Positions 10,084-20,475 of a stretch of DNA of 64,000 nucleotides are shown here, piece after piece. Under the pieces are notes generated by a model. That model made no database searches. It was not told the DNA's origin and saw only the letters and a list, made by a program, of their open reading frames with translations. Source of the DNA: a bacterium. GTDB taxonomy: Bacteria; SAR324; JACQKK01. The stretch is from contig OZ251219.1 of the NCBI GenBank assembly GCA_965240465.1, positions 960,001 to 1,024,000 of the forward strand, read 5' to 3'. The first letter of the stretch is position 1, and each line of letters starts with the position of its first letter. The position numbers and the translations under genes are program-made.

Positions 10084-10286
10084 TGCCAGTAATTAGAAAT
10101 ATCCTCAGTAAGATCGGAGTTGCGTTCAAGCATCTTTCATTTTCTACTGAATTGGGTTATAATTGCCAAAGGTAGACGGCTGAGGATAAGCAAAAGGAGC
10201 GGATGAGAAGGTTGGGTGTGGGTGAGAGGAGGAAAAGGTGTGTTCCTCGTGGATGCTAGCATGCCAGCGGGGGTGAGGCAAAAATA

Positions 10287-10516
10287 GGAGGCAGGAACAA
10301 AGGAGGCAGAAGCAAAGGAGGCAGAAGCAAAGGAAGCAGAAGCAAAGGAGGCAGAAGCAAAGGAGGCAGAAGCAAAGGAGGCAGGAACAAAGGAGGCAGG
10401 AACAAAGGAGGCAGGAACAAAGGAGGCAAGAACAAAGGAGGTAGGAACAAAGGAGGCAAGAACAAAGGAGGTAGGAACAAAGGAGGCAAGAACAAAGGAG
10501 GCAGGAACAAAGGAGG
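10287..10516 (+). repeat. 15-bp tandem repeat (GGAGGCAGRARCAAA-like), about 15 copies, upstream of aroA
   Basis: Units read directly from the sequence. Nearly every junction forms AAAGGAGG. Confidence 0.95.
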
Positions 10517-10574
10517 TGTTAGGCGTTAGACGATAGCGATTATCGCTGATTGCGTTTAGGCGAGAAGTGAATAA

Positions 10575-12005
10575 ATGGAATCCCAATCTTTGGCATCAGC
10601 TACCTCTTTGGATGTTTCTCCTGTTATCAAGCTCAATCCGATTGCCAGTATATCAGGACAGATTGACTTACCCGGTTCCAAAAGCATTGCCAATCGTATG
10701 CTATTGCTGGCAGCTATGGCTGAGGGGGAGACTAAGCTGACAAACGTTCCCCATGGGGATGATGTCCAATTGATGATACAGGCACTTTGTCAGCTGGGGG
10801 TAGGCATCACAAGGATTAGCGAGGGGGAATGTTGCGAGGATGTGGTGATCAGCGGATTAGGCGGAAAATGGCCTGCAGGGAAGCATCGTTTGGAGGTAGG
10901 CAATGCGGGTACGGTCATGCGTTCTTTAGCGGCCGCCTTGTGTTATGGGGAGGGGCGATATGAATTATATGGCACAGAACGCATGCATGAGCGTCCATTG
11001 GTGGGATTGATGGAAGGGCTACGCCAATTAGGGGTTCAGTCTACATATTTTAAGCGGGCTTTATATCCGCCACTAGCAGTGGGAAGAGCAACTAAGGAGG
11101 GTGTCCGCTTGCTGAGCGGAGGAGACATTTGGATCAGCGGGTCACAAAGTAGCCAGTTTGTATCATCGGCGTTAATGGCTATTCCGCTGGGAGGAAAGCC
11201 TGTCAGGCTGAATTTGGTGGGTGATTTAGTTTCTCGCCCCTATGTAGCAATGACCATCAGCCTGATGGATAGCTTTGGGGTGCAAGTAGGAGGGGGAACA
11301 GACAAATGTTTTGAAATAGATGGCGGACAACATTATCGTGCTGCAGGTGAGATGCAAGTAGAGGGAGATGCTTCATCGGCATCTTATTTTTTGGCGGGGG
11401 CAGCCATCAGCGGTGGCGACGTGACAGTCACAGGCTGCGGTTTGAATAGCATGCAAGGTGACATTAGATTTGCCAAAGTGTTGGAAAAAATGGGGGCTTT
11501 GGTCCAATGGGGTGATAATTGGGTAAGGGTGAGGGGAAAGGGAAGGGGAATGGAAAAGCGAAGGCTCTTATCCTATCGGTATGATAGTGAAAAACCCCTC
11601 CAAGGAATTGATGTCAACATGGTGAACATGCCAGATGTCGCCATAACCCTAGCGGTGATCGCCCTATTCTCAGAGGGGAGTACTACCATCCGCGGAATAG
11701 GCAACTGGCGATTGAAGGAAAGCAATCGCATGCAAGCTGTGACAAATGAACTTACAAAACTAGGAGCTAAAGTATTGGTAAGCAAAGACAAAATGATAAT
11801 TCAACCGCCAGAAGAAGTAGAAGAAGTAGCAATGATTGAAACTTACCAAGATCATCGCATTGCCATGTCATTTTCTTTAGTTCCCTGTGCAGGGATAGAG
11901 GTACTCATCCAGAACCCCATCTGTGTTTCCAAAACTTTTCCCCATTTCTTTGAAAAACTATTTGAAATGGCTGTCTTTGTAGAAACAGAACCACAAACTC
12001 TATAG
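10575..12005 (+). CDS. aroA: EPSP synthase
   Basis: PGSKSIANR, GNAGTVMR, SSQFVSS, EGDASSASYF, KESNR and DHRIAM motifs. Confidence 0.97.
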   Translation: MESQSLASATSLDVSPVIKLNPIASISGQIDLPGSKSIANRMLLLAAMAEGETKLTNVPHGDDVQLMIQALCQLGVGITRISEGECCEDVVISGLGGKWPAGKHRLEVGNAGTVMRSLAAALCYGEGRYELYGTERMHERPLVGLMEGLRQLGVQSTYFKRALYPPLAVGRATKEGVRLLSGGDIWISGSQSSQFVSSALMAIPLGGKPVRLNLVGDLVSRPYVAMTISLMDSFGVQVGGGTDKCFEIDGGQHYRAAGEMQVEGDASSASYFLAGAAISGGDVTVTGCGLNSMQGDIRFAKVLEKMGALVQWGDNWVRVRGKGRGMEKRRLLSYRYDSEKPLQGIDVNMVNMPDVAITLAVIALFSEGSTTIRGIGNWRLKESNRMQAVTNELTKLGAKVLVSKDKMIIQPPEEVEEVAMIETYQDHRIAMSFSLVPCAGIEVLIQNPICVSKTFPHFFEKLFEMAVFVETEPQTL

Positions 12006-12018
12006 TCGTGGCTACTAC

Positions 12019-13146
12019 TCAGAGCAACCTTTTTACTTGGGATTTAATTTCTTTGATACACCGATCAATATGTTCGGGTTGTACTCCATATCCCCAGCTG
12101 ATGCGTACGGAGGCTTGTACTTTTTCCTTCGGTAGTCCCATGCTGATGAGTACTTGGCTGGGTTCTTGTGCTCCCGAACTACATGCCGAACCCGAAGAAA
12201 TGGCAATGCCATTCAGGTCTAAGGCTACCACCAGATTCTCTGCTGATATTCCTTCTATCCCGCCATTAAAAGTGTTCGGCAAACGGGTTGCTTGCTTGCC
12301 ATTAATGAAAAATCCGGGCAAAGAAGCCAGCCCTTCTTCCAACTGAGCCCCCAAGCTCACCATGCGAGCACGCCATGATTCTAATCGGGACAGTTGCCAG
12401 ATAGCTGCCCCAGCAAATCCTGCTGCCAGCATAACTGCTTCTGAGCCTGCCCGACGATTGCGTTCTTGGCGTCCTCCTCTAATGAGAGGTAGGGGTTCTT
12501 TCTTGGCTTTAGCTACCAGAGCACCAATTCCTTTGGGACCTCCCAATTTATGAGCTGAGACACTCAACATATCTACTCCCCAATCTTGCCAAGGTAGGGG
12601 CATTCGTCCCCAAGCTTGCACGGCATCGGTATGAAAAATAACCTGAGGATGTTCTTTCAGTAGCTCTCCTATTTGGGCTAAGGGCTGTACCACCCCTGTT
12701 TCGTTATTGGCTGCCATCACCGACAGCAGGCGGGTGTGCGATGTCAGAAGCGGGGGTAGTGCCTCCACACAAACTTTCCCATTATCATCAACAGGAAGCC
12801 AAGCTACTTCTACCCCCTGATCCTTCAGCCAATGACAGGTCTCCTGAATGGCAGGATGCTCAATGACAGAGGTAATCAGTCTTATGGGACGCTCAGCCGA
12901 TGCCAACCAAGCCAAAGCGGTGTTATCGGATTCGCTACCGCCGCTGGTAAATATCAGCTCACTGCGGGCACAGCCCAAAACTGAGGCAATGTCCTCCCTA
13001 GCGTACTCCAGAGCAGCGCGGGCTTGCTGTCCAAAGATGTGTGGGCTGGAGGGATTCCCCCAGTACTGCCGAGCCGCCTGCATTCGCTGTTGAGCCTCAT
13101 CAAGCAGGGGGGCGGTGGCATTGTAATCCAGATAAACATTATCCAT
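12019..13146 (-). CDS. iscS: Cysteine desulfurase (IscS/NifS class I)
   Basis: YLDYNATAP, HTDAVQ, SAHK (PLP lysine) and SSGSACSS. Confidence 0.9.
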   Translation of the reverse strand: MDNVYLDYNATAPLLDEAQQRMQAARQYWGNPSSPHIFGQQARAALEYAREDIASVLGCARSELIFTSGGSESDNTALAWLASAERPIRLITSVIEHPAIQETCHWLKDQGVEVAWLPVDDNGKVCVEALPPLLTSHTRLLSVMAANNETGVVQPLAQIGELLKEHPQVIFHTDAVQAWGRMPLPWQDWGVDMLSVSAHKLGGPKGIGALVAKAKKEPLPLIRGGRQERNRRAGSEAVMLAAGFAGAAIWQLSRLESWRARMVSLGAQLEEGLASLPGFFINGKQATRLPNTFNGGIEGISAENLVVALDLNGIAISSGSACSSGAQEPSQVLISMGLPKEKVQASVRISWGYGVQPEHIDRCIKEIKSQVKRLL

Positions 13147-13175
13147 TGGTCGCTCGGCTCAAAAGGCTATAATCC

Positions 13176-14525
13176 TCAGCGAGTCACAAATACCAAAAAG
13201 CGAGTACTATTTGCTGGCAGACTCAGTTTGCCGAGCTCTTTCTTGCCCACGGATTTTCCTTGTGCATCCAGCAGTTCGGCTTGCAGTTTATGCTCCCCAG
13301 CAGGTAGCCAGAATTGAGCAAAGAGAATCTTATCCGGCAGGGTACGCCAAGAACGCAGATCGGCTCCTTCTAGTATCCAATTTCCCAGGGCGGTGAAAAG
13401 CTGTGCAGCATCTTTGTCTATCGCCCCCGCTACGCCATATCTGGCTATTTGGCGGGTTACTGACTTGGATATAATCAAGGGCTGATGATCCTCCAAATTC
13501 TTGATGGCAATATTTCCAGTGGGATGAACAACCTCGCTAGTAGTAATAAGCTGATCATCGGCTAGTATACGCGATCCATGTACTCTATAATCGCGAGTGC
13601 GGTACGTAGGCAGTGCTATATCAAGAAACAAACCATTCTTGATGGCGTAAGGAATTCGGTATTCTTCCTTGATAGGGGCTTTGCCAGCAAAGTGAAAAAC
13701 ATAAACTGTTGCCAGTGCTCTTCTTTGAGAGAGAGTAAATACTTTTTGCTCGGGAAAACGATCCCGCCAGATTTTAAATTGACTTCTTCCTAAAATAGGA
13801 GCGGTAGCCAGCAAATTGGCTTTTAAGGCAGAAGGGGGACCTACCCCGAAATGCTGACCAAATTTTCCCTGATATAAATTAAAGGAATTCCTGTTGGTGA
13901 TCAAGGCGTCATTTATATCAGAGCGTATTTTTCCCCATTCATAGAAAATGCCGTTCAGCATGCGAGCAAAGGCATCCTCTTGATAACGGGCTTTTAATAT
14001 CCCTCCCCGCTTACTGTGAATATAATTTAGCTTTTCATTCAGCTTGCGACTTTCTACCTGCGCGGACTCTCTATTACCCAACTGAGCAAAACTGAGAGCC
14101 TTGTAGACATTGATCATCACATCTTCAAAATCTTCTCCCGCATAGGTGACCACTTTATCATTGACAACCAAAGAAGCTGCTTGCTCAGAAATTGATTTCT
14201 GAAACAATTCATCAATGCGGCGTTCAGCCTCATGAAAAACATCAATACTTTCTGTGTGACGCCCTTGATAATGCAATAACGTACCCCGGTCTAGCAACCA
14301 AAGGACCCTATCGCGGCTACCATAAATGCTACGGTTTTTTTCTACTAATTGGTGGGCCTTGGCATATTTTTCACTTGCCAGCAGGGGTTCAATCTTTTGC
14401 TGTATTCTGCTCGATCCCGCACACCCGCCACCAATCCAAAGCCCCGCTAGCAAAAGAGGAAATAAAAACCTCCCTACCAGATACTTTGAAAAGTACCAAT
14501 CAAATCGCAAATAAGAGATGCTCAT
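13176..14525 (-). CDS. TPR-like lipoprotein of the COG3014-type family usually adjacent to lpoB
   Basis: Lipobox-like GGGC, YAGEDFE and ADLRSWRTLP. Located next to lpoB. Confidence 0.7.
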   Translation of the reverse strand: MSISYLRFDWYFSKYLVGRFLFPLLLAGLWIGGGCAGSSRIQQKIEPLLASEKYAKAHQLVEKNRSIYGSRDRVLWLLDRGTLLHYQGRHTESIDVFHEAERRIDELFQKSISEQAASLVVNDKVVTYAGEDFEDVMINVYKALSFAQLGNRESAQVESRKLNEKLNYIHSKRGGILKARYQEDAFARMLNGIFYEWGKIRSDINDALITNRNSFNLYQGKFGQHFGVGPPSALKANLLATAPILGRSQFKIWRDRFPEQKVFTLSQRRALATVYVFHFAGKAPIKEEYRIPYAIKNGLFLDIALPTYRTRDYRVHGSRILADDQLITTSEVVHPTGNIAIKNLEDHQPLIISKSVTRQIARYGVAGAIDKDAAQLFTALGNWILEGADLRSWRTLPDKILFAQFWLPAGEHKLQAELLDAQGKSVGKKELGKLSLPANSTRFLVFVTR

Positions 14526-14569
14526 CCAGCAATGCCCCCCTTATTATGTAGCTTGACAGTTCCTCAAGA

Positions 14570-15205
14570 CTATAATCCTGCCCTTCTGCGTTTGATAAAT
14601 TTCTTGATCTTCTTTTCACCAATCCAGCTTTTAACATTGCTCTCCACATTGATTAGCTCCAAATTGACCTGATAAAATACTATCTCCCGCTTGCCCTCGC
14701 GATCATTAATGCTGTTCACCTCGCCTGTCAGTACAAAATCTGCCCCCAATTCCTTGCCGATCCCAGCTGGATCTCTTGTTAACCCAGTATTTTGTTCTGC
14801 TCTTTCTTCACGCACACTTAAACGCTGACTCTTATCGGCAACCACCGTTACCTTGCCAGACTTCAAGAAGGCACGCTCTAAGTCTTTAACAAAGGTCTTA
14901 GTATTAATATGCTCGCTAGAACGATTAGACACCCCATAGGCAATCACCACAGGTTGAGTACCATAACGCTGCTCCCATTGTGTAATCCAAGGCCAGGAAA
15001 GACTGTCGCGTATCATTTCTTCAGACACCAAGCGGGAATCGGTATCATTCCATTTGCCACTGAGGTCAATGCTTTCCTCAGCACCAACCCGAGTAACCTT
15101 CTTGCCCGCACAAGCAGAAACATTAAACAATAGACTTAGGCAGGTCACACCGAGTAGCACAGTATTTAGAAACTTCGCACCTGAAAATATAGTCGCTATG
15201 TTCAT
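14570..15205 (-). CDS. lpoB: Penicillin-binding protein activator LpoB family lipoprotein
   Basis: Lipobox VSAC, DLSGKWNDTDS, NRSSEHI, GADFVLTG and FYQVNLELI. Confidence 0.8.
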   Translation of the reverse strand: MNIATIFSGAKFLNTVLLGVTCLSLLFNVSACAGKKVTRVGAEESIDLSGKWNDTDSRLVSEEMIRDSLSWPWITQWEQRYGTQPVVIAYGVSNRSSEHINTKTFVKDLERAFLKSGKVTVVADKSQRLSVREERAEQNTGLTRDPAGIGKELGADFVLTGEVNSINDREGKREIVFYQVNLELINVESNVKSWIGEKKIKKFIKRRRAGL

Positions 15206-15319
15206 GGAGTATTCTCTTGGAAAAAATTGCTGAAAAATAATCTTCTAACACTCAAAATCACCTAAGCCCATTTGATAGCACATGTAGATATGAAAAACAA
15301 AAACTCAGCCATTTGTTTT

Positions 15320-16336
15320 TCAACAGGCATTAATAAAATGTTCTAGGTTGGTTTTGTGAGGGCTAATTTGAATGGAAATAACATCAAAGCGGGCTTGGAA
15401 TTTATCCCATAGATCGTGCTCAGTGAGGTAAAGTTCGCCCAGTTTGCGTAGCTGGGCTTGCTTGGCGGGGGTGACGGAAAGGCTGGGGTGAGTTAGATTA
15501 TTGGTACGTGTTTTAACTTCTACAAAGACTAAATACTCATCTTTTTCAGCTATTATATCTAGCTCGCCCTTGCCCAGTCGTACATTGCGGCCGTGAATGC
15601 GATATCCTTGGGAGAGCAGGTAGATTTCAGCATGGGATTCTCCCATTTTACCGATGCTTTGTCTCGGGTCAGCTGGCGATGATTGCGGTGATCGGGAAGC
15701 TGGCGATTTAGTCTCGCGGGATTGATTTTGCAAGCCAACAGGGATCTTCTTTAAGAAAGAGTTCCGATGAATAGGACAGGTTCCATGCCGAAGAATTGCC
15801 TGACGGTGAGCTGCGGTGGGGTATCCTTTATGCTGGGTAAAATTCCACTGCGGCCAATATTTATGAGCTAGGTGCATCAAGTGGTCGCGGGTGGTTTTGG
15901 CGATGATGGAAGCCGCTGCAATGGAATTACTGAGGTTGTCTCCCTTGATGATTGTTTCCCCAGGGCAGGGGATATCAGGAGATTGATTGCCATCTATCAG
16001 GGCATAATCTGGCAAAATGGATAAGCTGGATACAGCACGCTCCATAGCAAGCAGGGTAGCTCTGAGGATGTTAAGGCGGTCAATTTCTGCTGGTGAAGAG
16101 AGGCGTACCGACCAAGCTAGAGACTTTTGTTTGATTTCGCCTGCCAAGCGTTCTCGCTGAGAAGCGGAGATCTTTTTACTATCTGCTAAGGGTAGCGATG
16201 AATACCAATCGGGATGCAACACTACGGCGGCTGCCACTACCGGCCCGGCCAGGGGACCGCGTCCGGCTTCGTCTATGCCGGCTACTCGGGGTAGGTTTTT
16301 TTGCCAGAGGGATTTTTCTAGCTGGAAATCAGGCAT
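15320..16336 (-). CDS. rnhB: Ribonuclease HII fused to a YraN (UPF0102) nuclease-like domain
   Basis: N-terminal [18 protein letters not shown] and HKGYPT. C-terminal GKMGESHA...GELDII...VFVEVKTR...RFDVI in the same frame. Confidence 0.9.
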   Translation of the reverse strand: MPDFQLEKSLWQKNLPRVAGIDEAGRGPLAGPVVAAAVVLHPDWYSSLPLADSKKISASQRERLAGEIKQKSLAWSVRLSSPAEIDRLNILRATLLAMERAVSSLSILPDYALIDGNQSPDIPCPGETIIKGDNLSNSIAAASIIAKTTRDHLMHLAHKYWPQWNFTQHKGYPTAAHRQAILRHGTCPIHRNSFLKKIPVGLQNQSRETKSPASRSPQSSPADPRQSIGKMGESHAEIYLLSQGYRIHGRNVRLGKGELDIIAEKDEYLVFVEVKTRTNNLTHPSLSVTPAKQAQLRKLGELYLTEHDLWDKFQARFDVISIQISPHKTNLEHFINAC

Positions 16337-16685
16337 TAATTTCGCGCAGGCGGGCTTTTCTTCCCTTTAGAGCACGTAGATAATACAGCTTAGCTCGCCT
16401 TATGCGTCCTTGACTCTTAACAACGATGCTTTCAATCAGGGGAGAGTGCAGAGAAAATTGGCGTTCTACGCCATATCCCTGAGATACCTTACGCACGGTG
16501 AACATGGCATCTAAGTGTGCTTTACGCCGATGACAGCAAAGTACCACGCCCTCAAATGCTTGAACTCGTTTCTTTTCTCCCTCCCGAATCCAATAGTTCA
16601 CCTGTACTTTTGCTCCGACGGGAGGAGGAGTAACGTCATCACGGCGATGAGTTTCATCTATCCATTGCATGAGGGAATTTTTCAT
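16329..16685 (-). CDS. rplS: 50S ribosomal protein L19
   Basis: [21 protein letters not shown] and RRAKLYYLR. Probable ATG at 16685. Confidence 0.95.
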   Translation of the reverse strand: MKNSLMQWIDETHRRDDVTPPPVGAKVQVNYWIREGEKKRVQAFEGVVLCCHRRKAHLDAMFTVRKVSQGYGVERQFSLHSPLIESIVVKSQGRIRRAKLYYLRALKGRKARLREINA

Positions 16686-16740
16686 ATCGGTTGTGGGGAT
16701 TGCGATTGCCAAGACTAATGCGGGTGGGGGGGGGTCAGGA

Positions 16741-17550
16741 TTAATTAGGGTCGCGAGCCTTAGGAACACCAGCGGAATTCATTGTTTCCTTATCGCACTT
16801 TGGAGGGGAGGATGGCAAGTGTTTTTTGTTCTTCTTGGCTTTAGTCAAAGGAGGCTCAGCAAGTAGGTCGGGTCTTCTTTGGGCGGTGCGTTGCAGGGCT
16901 TGCTGCCTACGCCAGTGCCTGATCTGCTGATGATTACCAGAAAGTAGAATATCGGGTACGCACTCCCCTTGAAATATCTCAGGGCGGGTATATTGAGGAT
17001 ATTCCAATAGCTGATTATTAAAACTTTCTTCTTTGGTAGAATCAGGATTGCCCAATACCCCGGGCACCAGACGCACTACCGTTTCTATTATTGCCAGCGA
17101 GGGAGCTTCTCCACCTTGGCAAATGAAATCCCCCAGTGAAAGTTCTTCGTCCACCAATTGAGTGCGAATTCGTTCATCAAAACCCTCATAGCGACCGCAA
17201 ATAAGGGTAAGCACTTGGCTAGAATTCGCATAACCCTGGGCGGTAGGCTGATTAAAAATTCGTCCTTGTGGAGTAAGGAGCACCCGCCAAAGCTGTCGTT
17301 TATCAAGAGCATGCTTTTGGGCAATAGCTTCTAAGGCTGAGGCTAGCACATCGGCTTTTAATACCATGCCCGCTCCTCCCCCGTAGGGGGTATCATCCAC
17401 CGCCCGGTAGCGTCCGATACCAAAATCACGCAGCGAAGTAATACCCAATTGCAACTGCTTTTGCTCCAAGGCACGCTTGATAATCCCGCATTCTGCAAAA
17501 GGAGCAAATAACTGAGGAAATAAAGTGAGAATTTCTATGTAAATAGGCAA
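16741..17550 (-). CDS. trmD: tRNA (guanine37-N1)-methyltransferase
   Basis: VDDTPYGGGAGMV, CGRYEGFDER and LLEYPQYTRP. Confidence 0.97.
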   Translation of the reverse strand: MPIYIEILTLFPQLFAPFAECGIIKRALEQKQLQLGITSLRDFGIGRYRAVDDTPYGGGAGMVLKADVLASALEAIAQKHALDKRQLWRVLLTPQGRIFNQPTAQGYANSSQVLTLICGRYEGFDERIRTQLVDEELSLGDFICQGGEAPSLAIIETVVRLVPGVLGNPDSTKEESFNNQLLEYPQYTRPEIFQGECVPDILLSGNHQQIRHWRRQQALQRTAQRRPDLLAEPPLTKAKKNKKHLPSSPPKCDKETMNSAGVPKARDPN

Positions 17551-17568
17551 GATTTTATCCCTCGCAAT

Positions 17569-18111
17569 TTATTTTTCTTTCTTATTATCCTCTTCTTCTT
17601 CCATGCCGGGCAGGGGATGGAAAATCAGAGAGTTCTCTTTGATATTAACCTGAGGAAATAATTCTTTGGTAAAGGGTGCCAGCAGAGGTTCCCCTTTGTC
17701 CCGAGAAATTTCCAGCACCTGTTGATGAGCAGAAGAATGAAGTCCTTTTACATAGCCAATGATGCAACCAGCAGGGTTAATCACTTGACAGCCGATCAGG
17801 TCATGGCAAAGGTACTCATTTTCGGCTAGCGGTTTTAGATGCTCAGAAGGTAATAGCAGTTCTTGGCCTTTCAATTTTTCGGCTTGCTCCAGAGTGTCCA
17901 AGTCTTTCAGCTGTAAGTACCATTGATCGTTATAAAGGCGGATATGCTGTATCTCAAAGGTCTGCAGGAACTCCCCAGTGTCAATAATCAGTGAACTGAG
18001 CTGGAGGTAATAATCGGGGTAGGGCGTAAGAGGTACCGCACACAAGCAACCTTTCAAGCCGTGAGTTCCCCTCACCCTCCCAATACACACCAGTTGATCG
18101 CGGTCAAACAC
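17569..18111 (-). CDS. rimM: Ribosome maturation factor RimM
   Basis: GTHGLKG, EYLCHDLIGC, and position between rpsP and trmD. Confidence 0.9.
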   Translation of the reverse strand: MFDRDQLVCIGRVRGTHGLKGCLCAVPLTPYPDYYLQLSSLIIDTGEFLQTFEIQHIRLYNDQWYLQLKDLDTLEQAEKLKGQELLLPSEHLKPLAENEYLCHDLIGCQVINPAGCIIGYVKGLHSSAHQQVLEISRDKGEPLLAPFTKELFPQVNIKENSLIFHPLPGMEEEEDNKKEK

Positions 18112-18207
18112 CTAGCTTAATCCTTAACGCAACACTCAAAAGCAGGTCGGCAAGATAGTTAAATAACAGCTTAAGAAACTGATAGGATCTCGGTTGCTAC
18201 CAGTTTA

Positions 18208-18885
18208 TTAGACTTTCTCGGTGGATTCTTCTTTTACTTCTGTTTTTTCCTCAGGCTTTGCTTCAGTTTGTTCTTCGGTTCTTACTTTAGGTGGGGTGTC
18301 GGCTTTGGTTTCAGTAGCCTTGGTTTCGGTAGCTTTGGTTTCAGTAGCCTTGGTTTCGGTAGCTTTGGTTTCAGTAGCCTTGGTTTCGGTAGCTTTGGTT
18401 TCGGTAGCCTTGGTTTCAGTAGCCTTGGTTTCAGTAGCCTTGGTTTCGGTAGCTTTGGTTTCAGTAGCCTTGGTTTCAGTAGCCTTGGTTTCAGTAGCCT
18501 TGGTTTCAGTAGCCTTGGTTTCGGTAGCCTTGGTTTCGGTAGAGGTGGTTTCTTTAGTCTTGCTAGCTGCCGTGATAGAAGATTTATCAGGGGGAGCAGA
18601 TTTTGGTTTTCGTTTTTTGGTGGCAGGGGGCAGAATACGATCGTGCTTAATGCTATGTAGCTCTAGTAGTCGACTAACTCTCTGACTGGGCTGAGCACCG
18701 ACATCCATCCAGTATTTGGCACGCTCGGTATTGATTTGGCTCTTGTTATCTTCCAGCAGAGGATTGTAACTTCCCAGTCTTTCTATGAAGCGGCCATCTC
18801 TGGGTGCCGAACGCTCTTGTACTACTATGCGAAAGAATGGGCGACTTTTGCGTCCTCCTCGTGCCATCCGAATGCTTAACGACAT
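18208..18885 (-). CDS. rpsP: 30S ribosomal protein S16 with long repetitive C-terminal extension
   Basis: IRMARGG, PRDGRFIERLGSYNP and GAQPS, followed by (TETKA)x16. Confidence 0.95.
   Translation of the reverse strand: MSLSIRMARGGRKSRPFFRIVVQERSAPRDGRFIERLGSYNPLLEDNKSQINTERAKYWMDVGAQPSQRVSRLLELHSIKHDRILPPATKKRKPKSAPPDKSSITAASKTKETTSTETKATETKATETKATETKATETKATETKATETKATETKATETKATETKATETKATETKATETKATETKATETKATETKADTPPKVRTEEQTEAKPEEKTEVKEESTEKV
18302..18541 (-). repeat. 16 x 15-bp coding tandem repeat (TETKA) within rpsP
   Basis: GCYTTGGTTTCRGTA x16 on the + strand; variation only at synonymous positions. Confidence 0.95.
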
Positions 18886-19138
18886 AAAAACTTACTCCTT
18901 AATGTGAAAATAAAGCTAGAAGATAACAGATATTTGTTCAAATTTGGTTTCTGTTTTGCCTCAGGCGATGTTAGTCCAATTAGTTAGGATAGAAAATCAA
19001 GGCTATGTTTTATGGACGGAGAAGTCAAATACTATGATTTTGATCAATTGAATAGCAGGAGAATATTTGACAATCTCAGCTAGCAACAGCCATAGTTGAG
19101 CGATGATGTCGCCTATTTTTTGTTGTTGATTCAATGTT

Positions 19139-20431
19139 ATGCCTGCTGTTTTTCAGCCCGTAAGGGGCGTGCGCGATTTCTACCCCGAGGACTTGCGATT
19201 GCGGGACTGGTTGTTTGAGCGATGGCGTAGTGGGGGTAAGAAGTTCGGTTTTGTAGAATATGATGCCTGTGTACTAGAGCATGAGGATTTGTATCTGCGT
19301 AAGGCTGGGGAGGAGATAGCTGAGCAGATATATGGTTTCACCGACAAGGGGGGACGCAGGTTGTCCTTGCGTCCGGAGATGACCCCCAGTTTGGCACGTT
19401 TGGTGGTTCAGCGACAAGGAGCGTTATCATTTCCTTTGAAGTGGTTTTCGGTAGCTCAGTGTTTTCGTTATGAGCGGATGACTCGTGGTCGCCGGCGGGA
19501 GCATTATCAATGGAATGCGGACATTGTGGGAGAGTCCTCGCTGGTAGCAGAAGTTGAGATATTGGCACTATTGTTTAGTGTGTTGGCTGATCTGGGGCTA
19601 AGTCCTAAGCATGTACGGGTACATCTTAATCATCGCCAGTTAATGCGGGGTTTGCTACGAACGCTAGGTATTCTTGATATCAAGCATGCAGCAGTGCTAT
19701 CTGCGATAGACAAGCGTGATAAGGTAACCACCACTGAATTGACAAGTATGCTACACCTCCAAGGTCTTGATGAACGTTGTGGGCAATCCTTGTTGGAGGT
19801 GCTGAACAATAATGACCATCAACGCCTGTGCCAGATGGTGGCAGGTAAAGAAGAAGCGGCAGCCTTTAAGGAATTAGATTGGCTGATGGCTAGGCTGGCA
19901 GATATGGGATTTGCAGACTGGTGTCAGCTTGATTTGACGGTGGTACGGGGCTTGTCCTATTATACGGGTACCGTATTTGAAATACGCGATGCGAATGTCA
20001 GCTTGCGGGCTATTTGTGGTGGTGGTCGTTATGACAATTTATTGGAGACCGTAGGTGGAAAACCCATGTCCGCGGTGGGATTTGGCTTTGGCGACATAGT
20101 GATTATGGAATTACTGCAAGAACAAAAATTACTACCTGTGCTTACAAACCAACATGATTGTTTGGTGATTCCCTATTCTAAAGCCGAGCATGATGCTTGT
20201 TTTAGTATCAGCCAGAAATTGCGTCAGCGAGGTTTATCTACCTATGCAGAGCTTTCTGGTCGCAAGCTGCCTAGGTCTCTACAACTGGCAGAAGCCATAG
20301 GAGCTAAGTACGCCATCTTGCTGATGCCCGAAGAGCTAGCACGAGGAAGATTGATTATTAAGAATCTGGCTGAACGCCAAGAAACTCTGGTGGAAATGGA
20401 AGCTTTTCTGGCAGAGCCCAATTTGCAATAA
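19139..20431 (+). CDS. hisS: Histidine--tRNA ligase
   Basis: LRPEMTPS, FRYER, VRGLSYYTG and GGGRYD. Confidence 0.97.
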   Translation: MPAVFQPVRGVRDFYPEDLRLRDWLFERWRSGGKKFGFVEYDACVLEHEDLYLRKAGEEIAEQIYGFTDKGGRRLSLRPEMTPSLARLVVQRQGALSFPLKWFSVAQCFRYERMTRGRRREHYQWNADIVGESSLVAEVEILALLFSVLADLGLSPKHVRVHLNHRQLMRGLLRTLGILDIKHAAVLSAIDKRDKVTTTELTSMLHLQGLDERCGQSLLEVLNNNDHQRLCQMVAGKEEAAAFKELDWLMARLADMGFADWCQLDLTVVRGLSYYTGTVFEIRDANVSLRAICGGGRYDNLLETVGGKPMSAVGFGFGDIVIMELLQEQKLLPVLTNQHDCLVIPYSKAEHDACFSISQKLRQRGLSTYAELSGRKLPRSLQLAEAIGAKYAILLMPEELARGRLIIKNLAERQETLVEMEAFLAEPNLQ

Positions 20432-20475
20432 CCTAAATCACGGGACTGGTGAACGTCAAAATGCCTGAGCTCGCC

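Noticed and set aside
10137-10586. Minus-strand ORFs (149 aa and 84 aa) over the 15-bp array
   Set aside because: Low-complexity translations of a stop-free repeat, with no independent sign of coding.
18221-18685. Antisense ORFs over rpsP and other short shadow ORFs in the track
   Set aside because: They overlap well-supported genes on the opposite strand or frame and carry no recognisable motifs.
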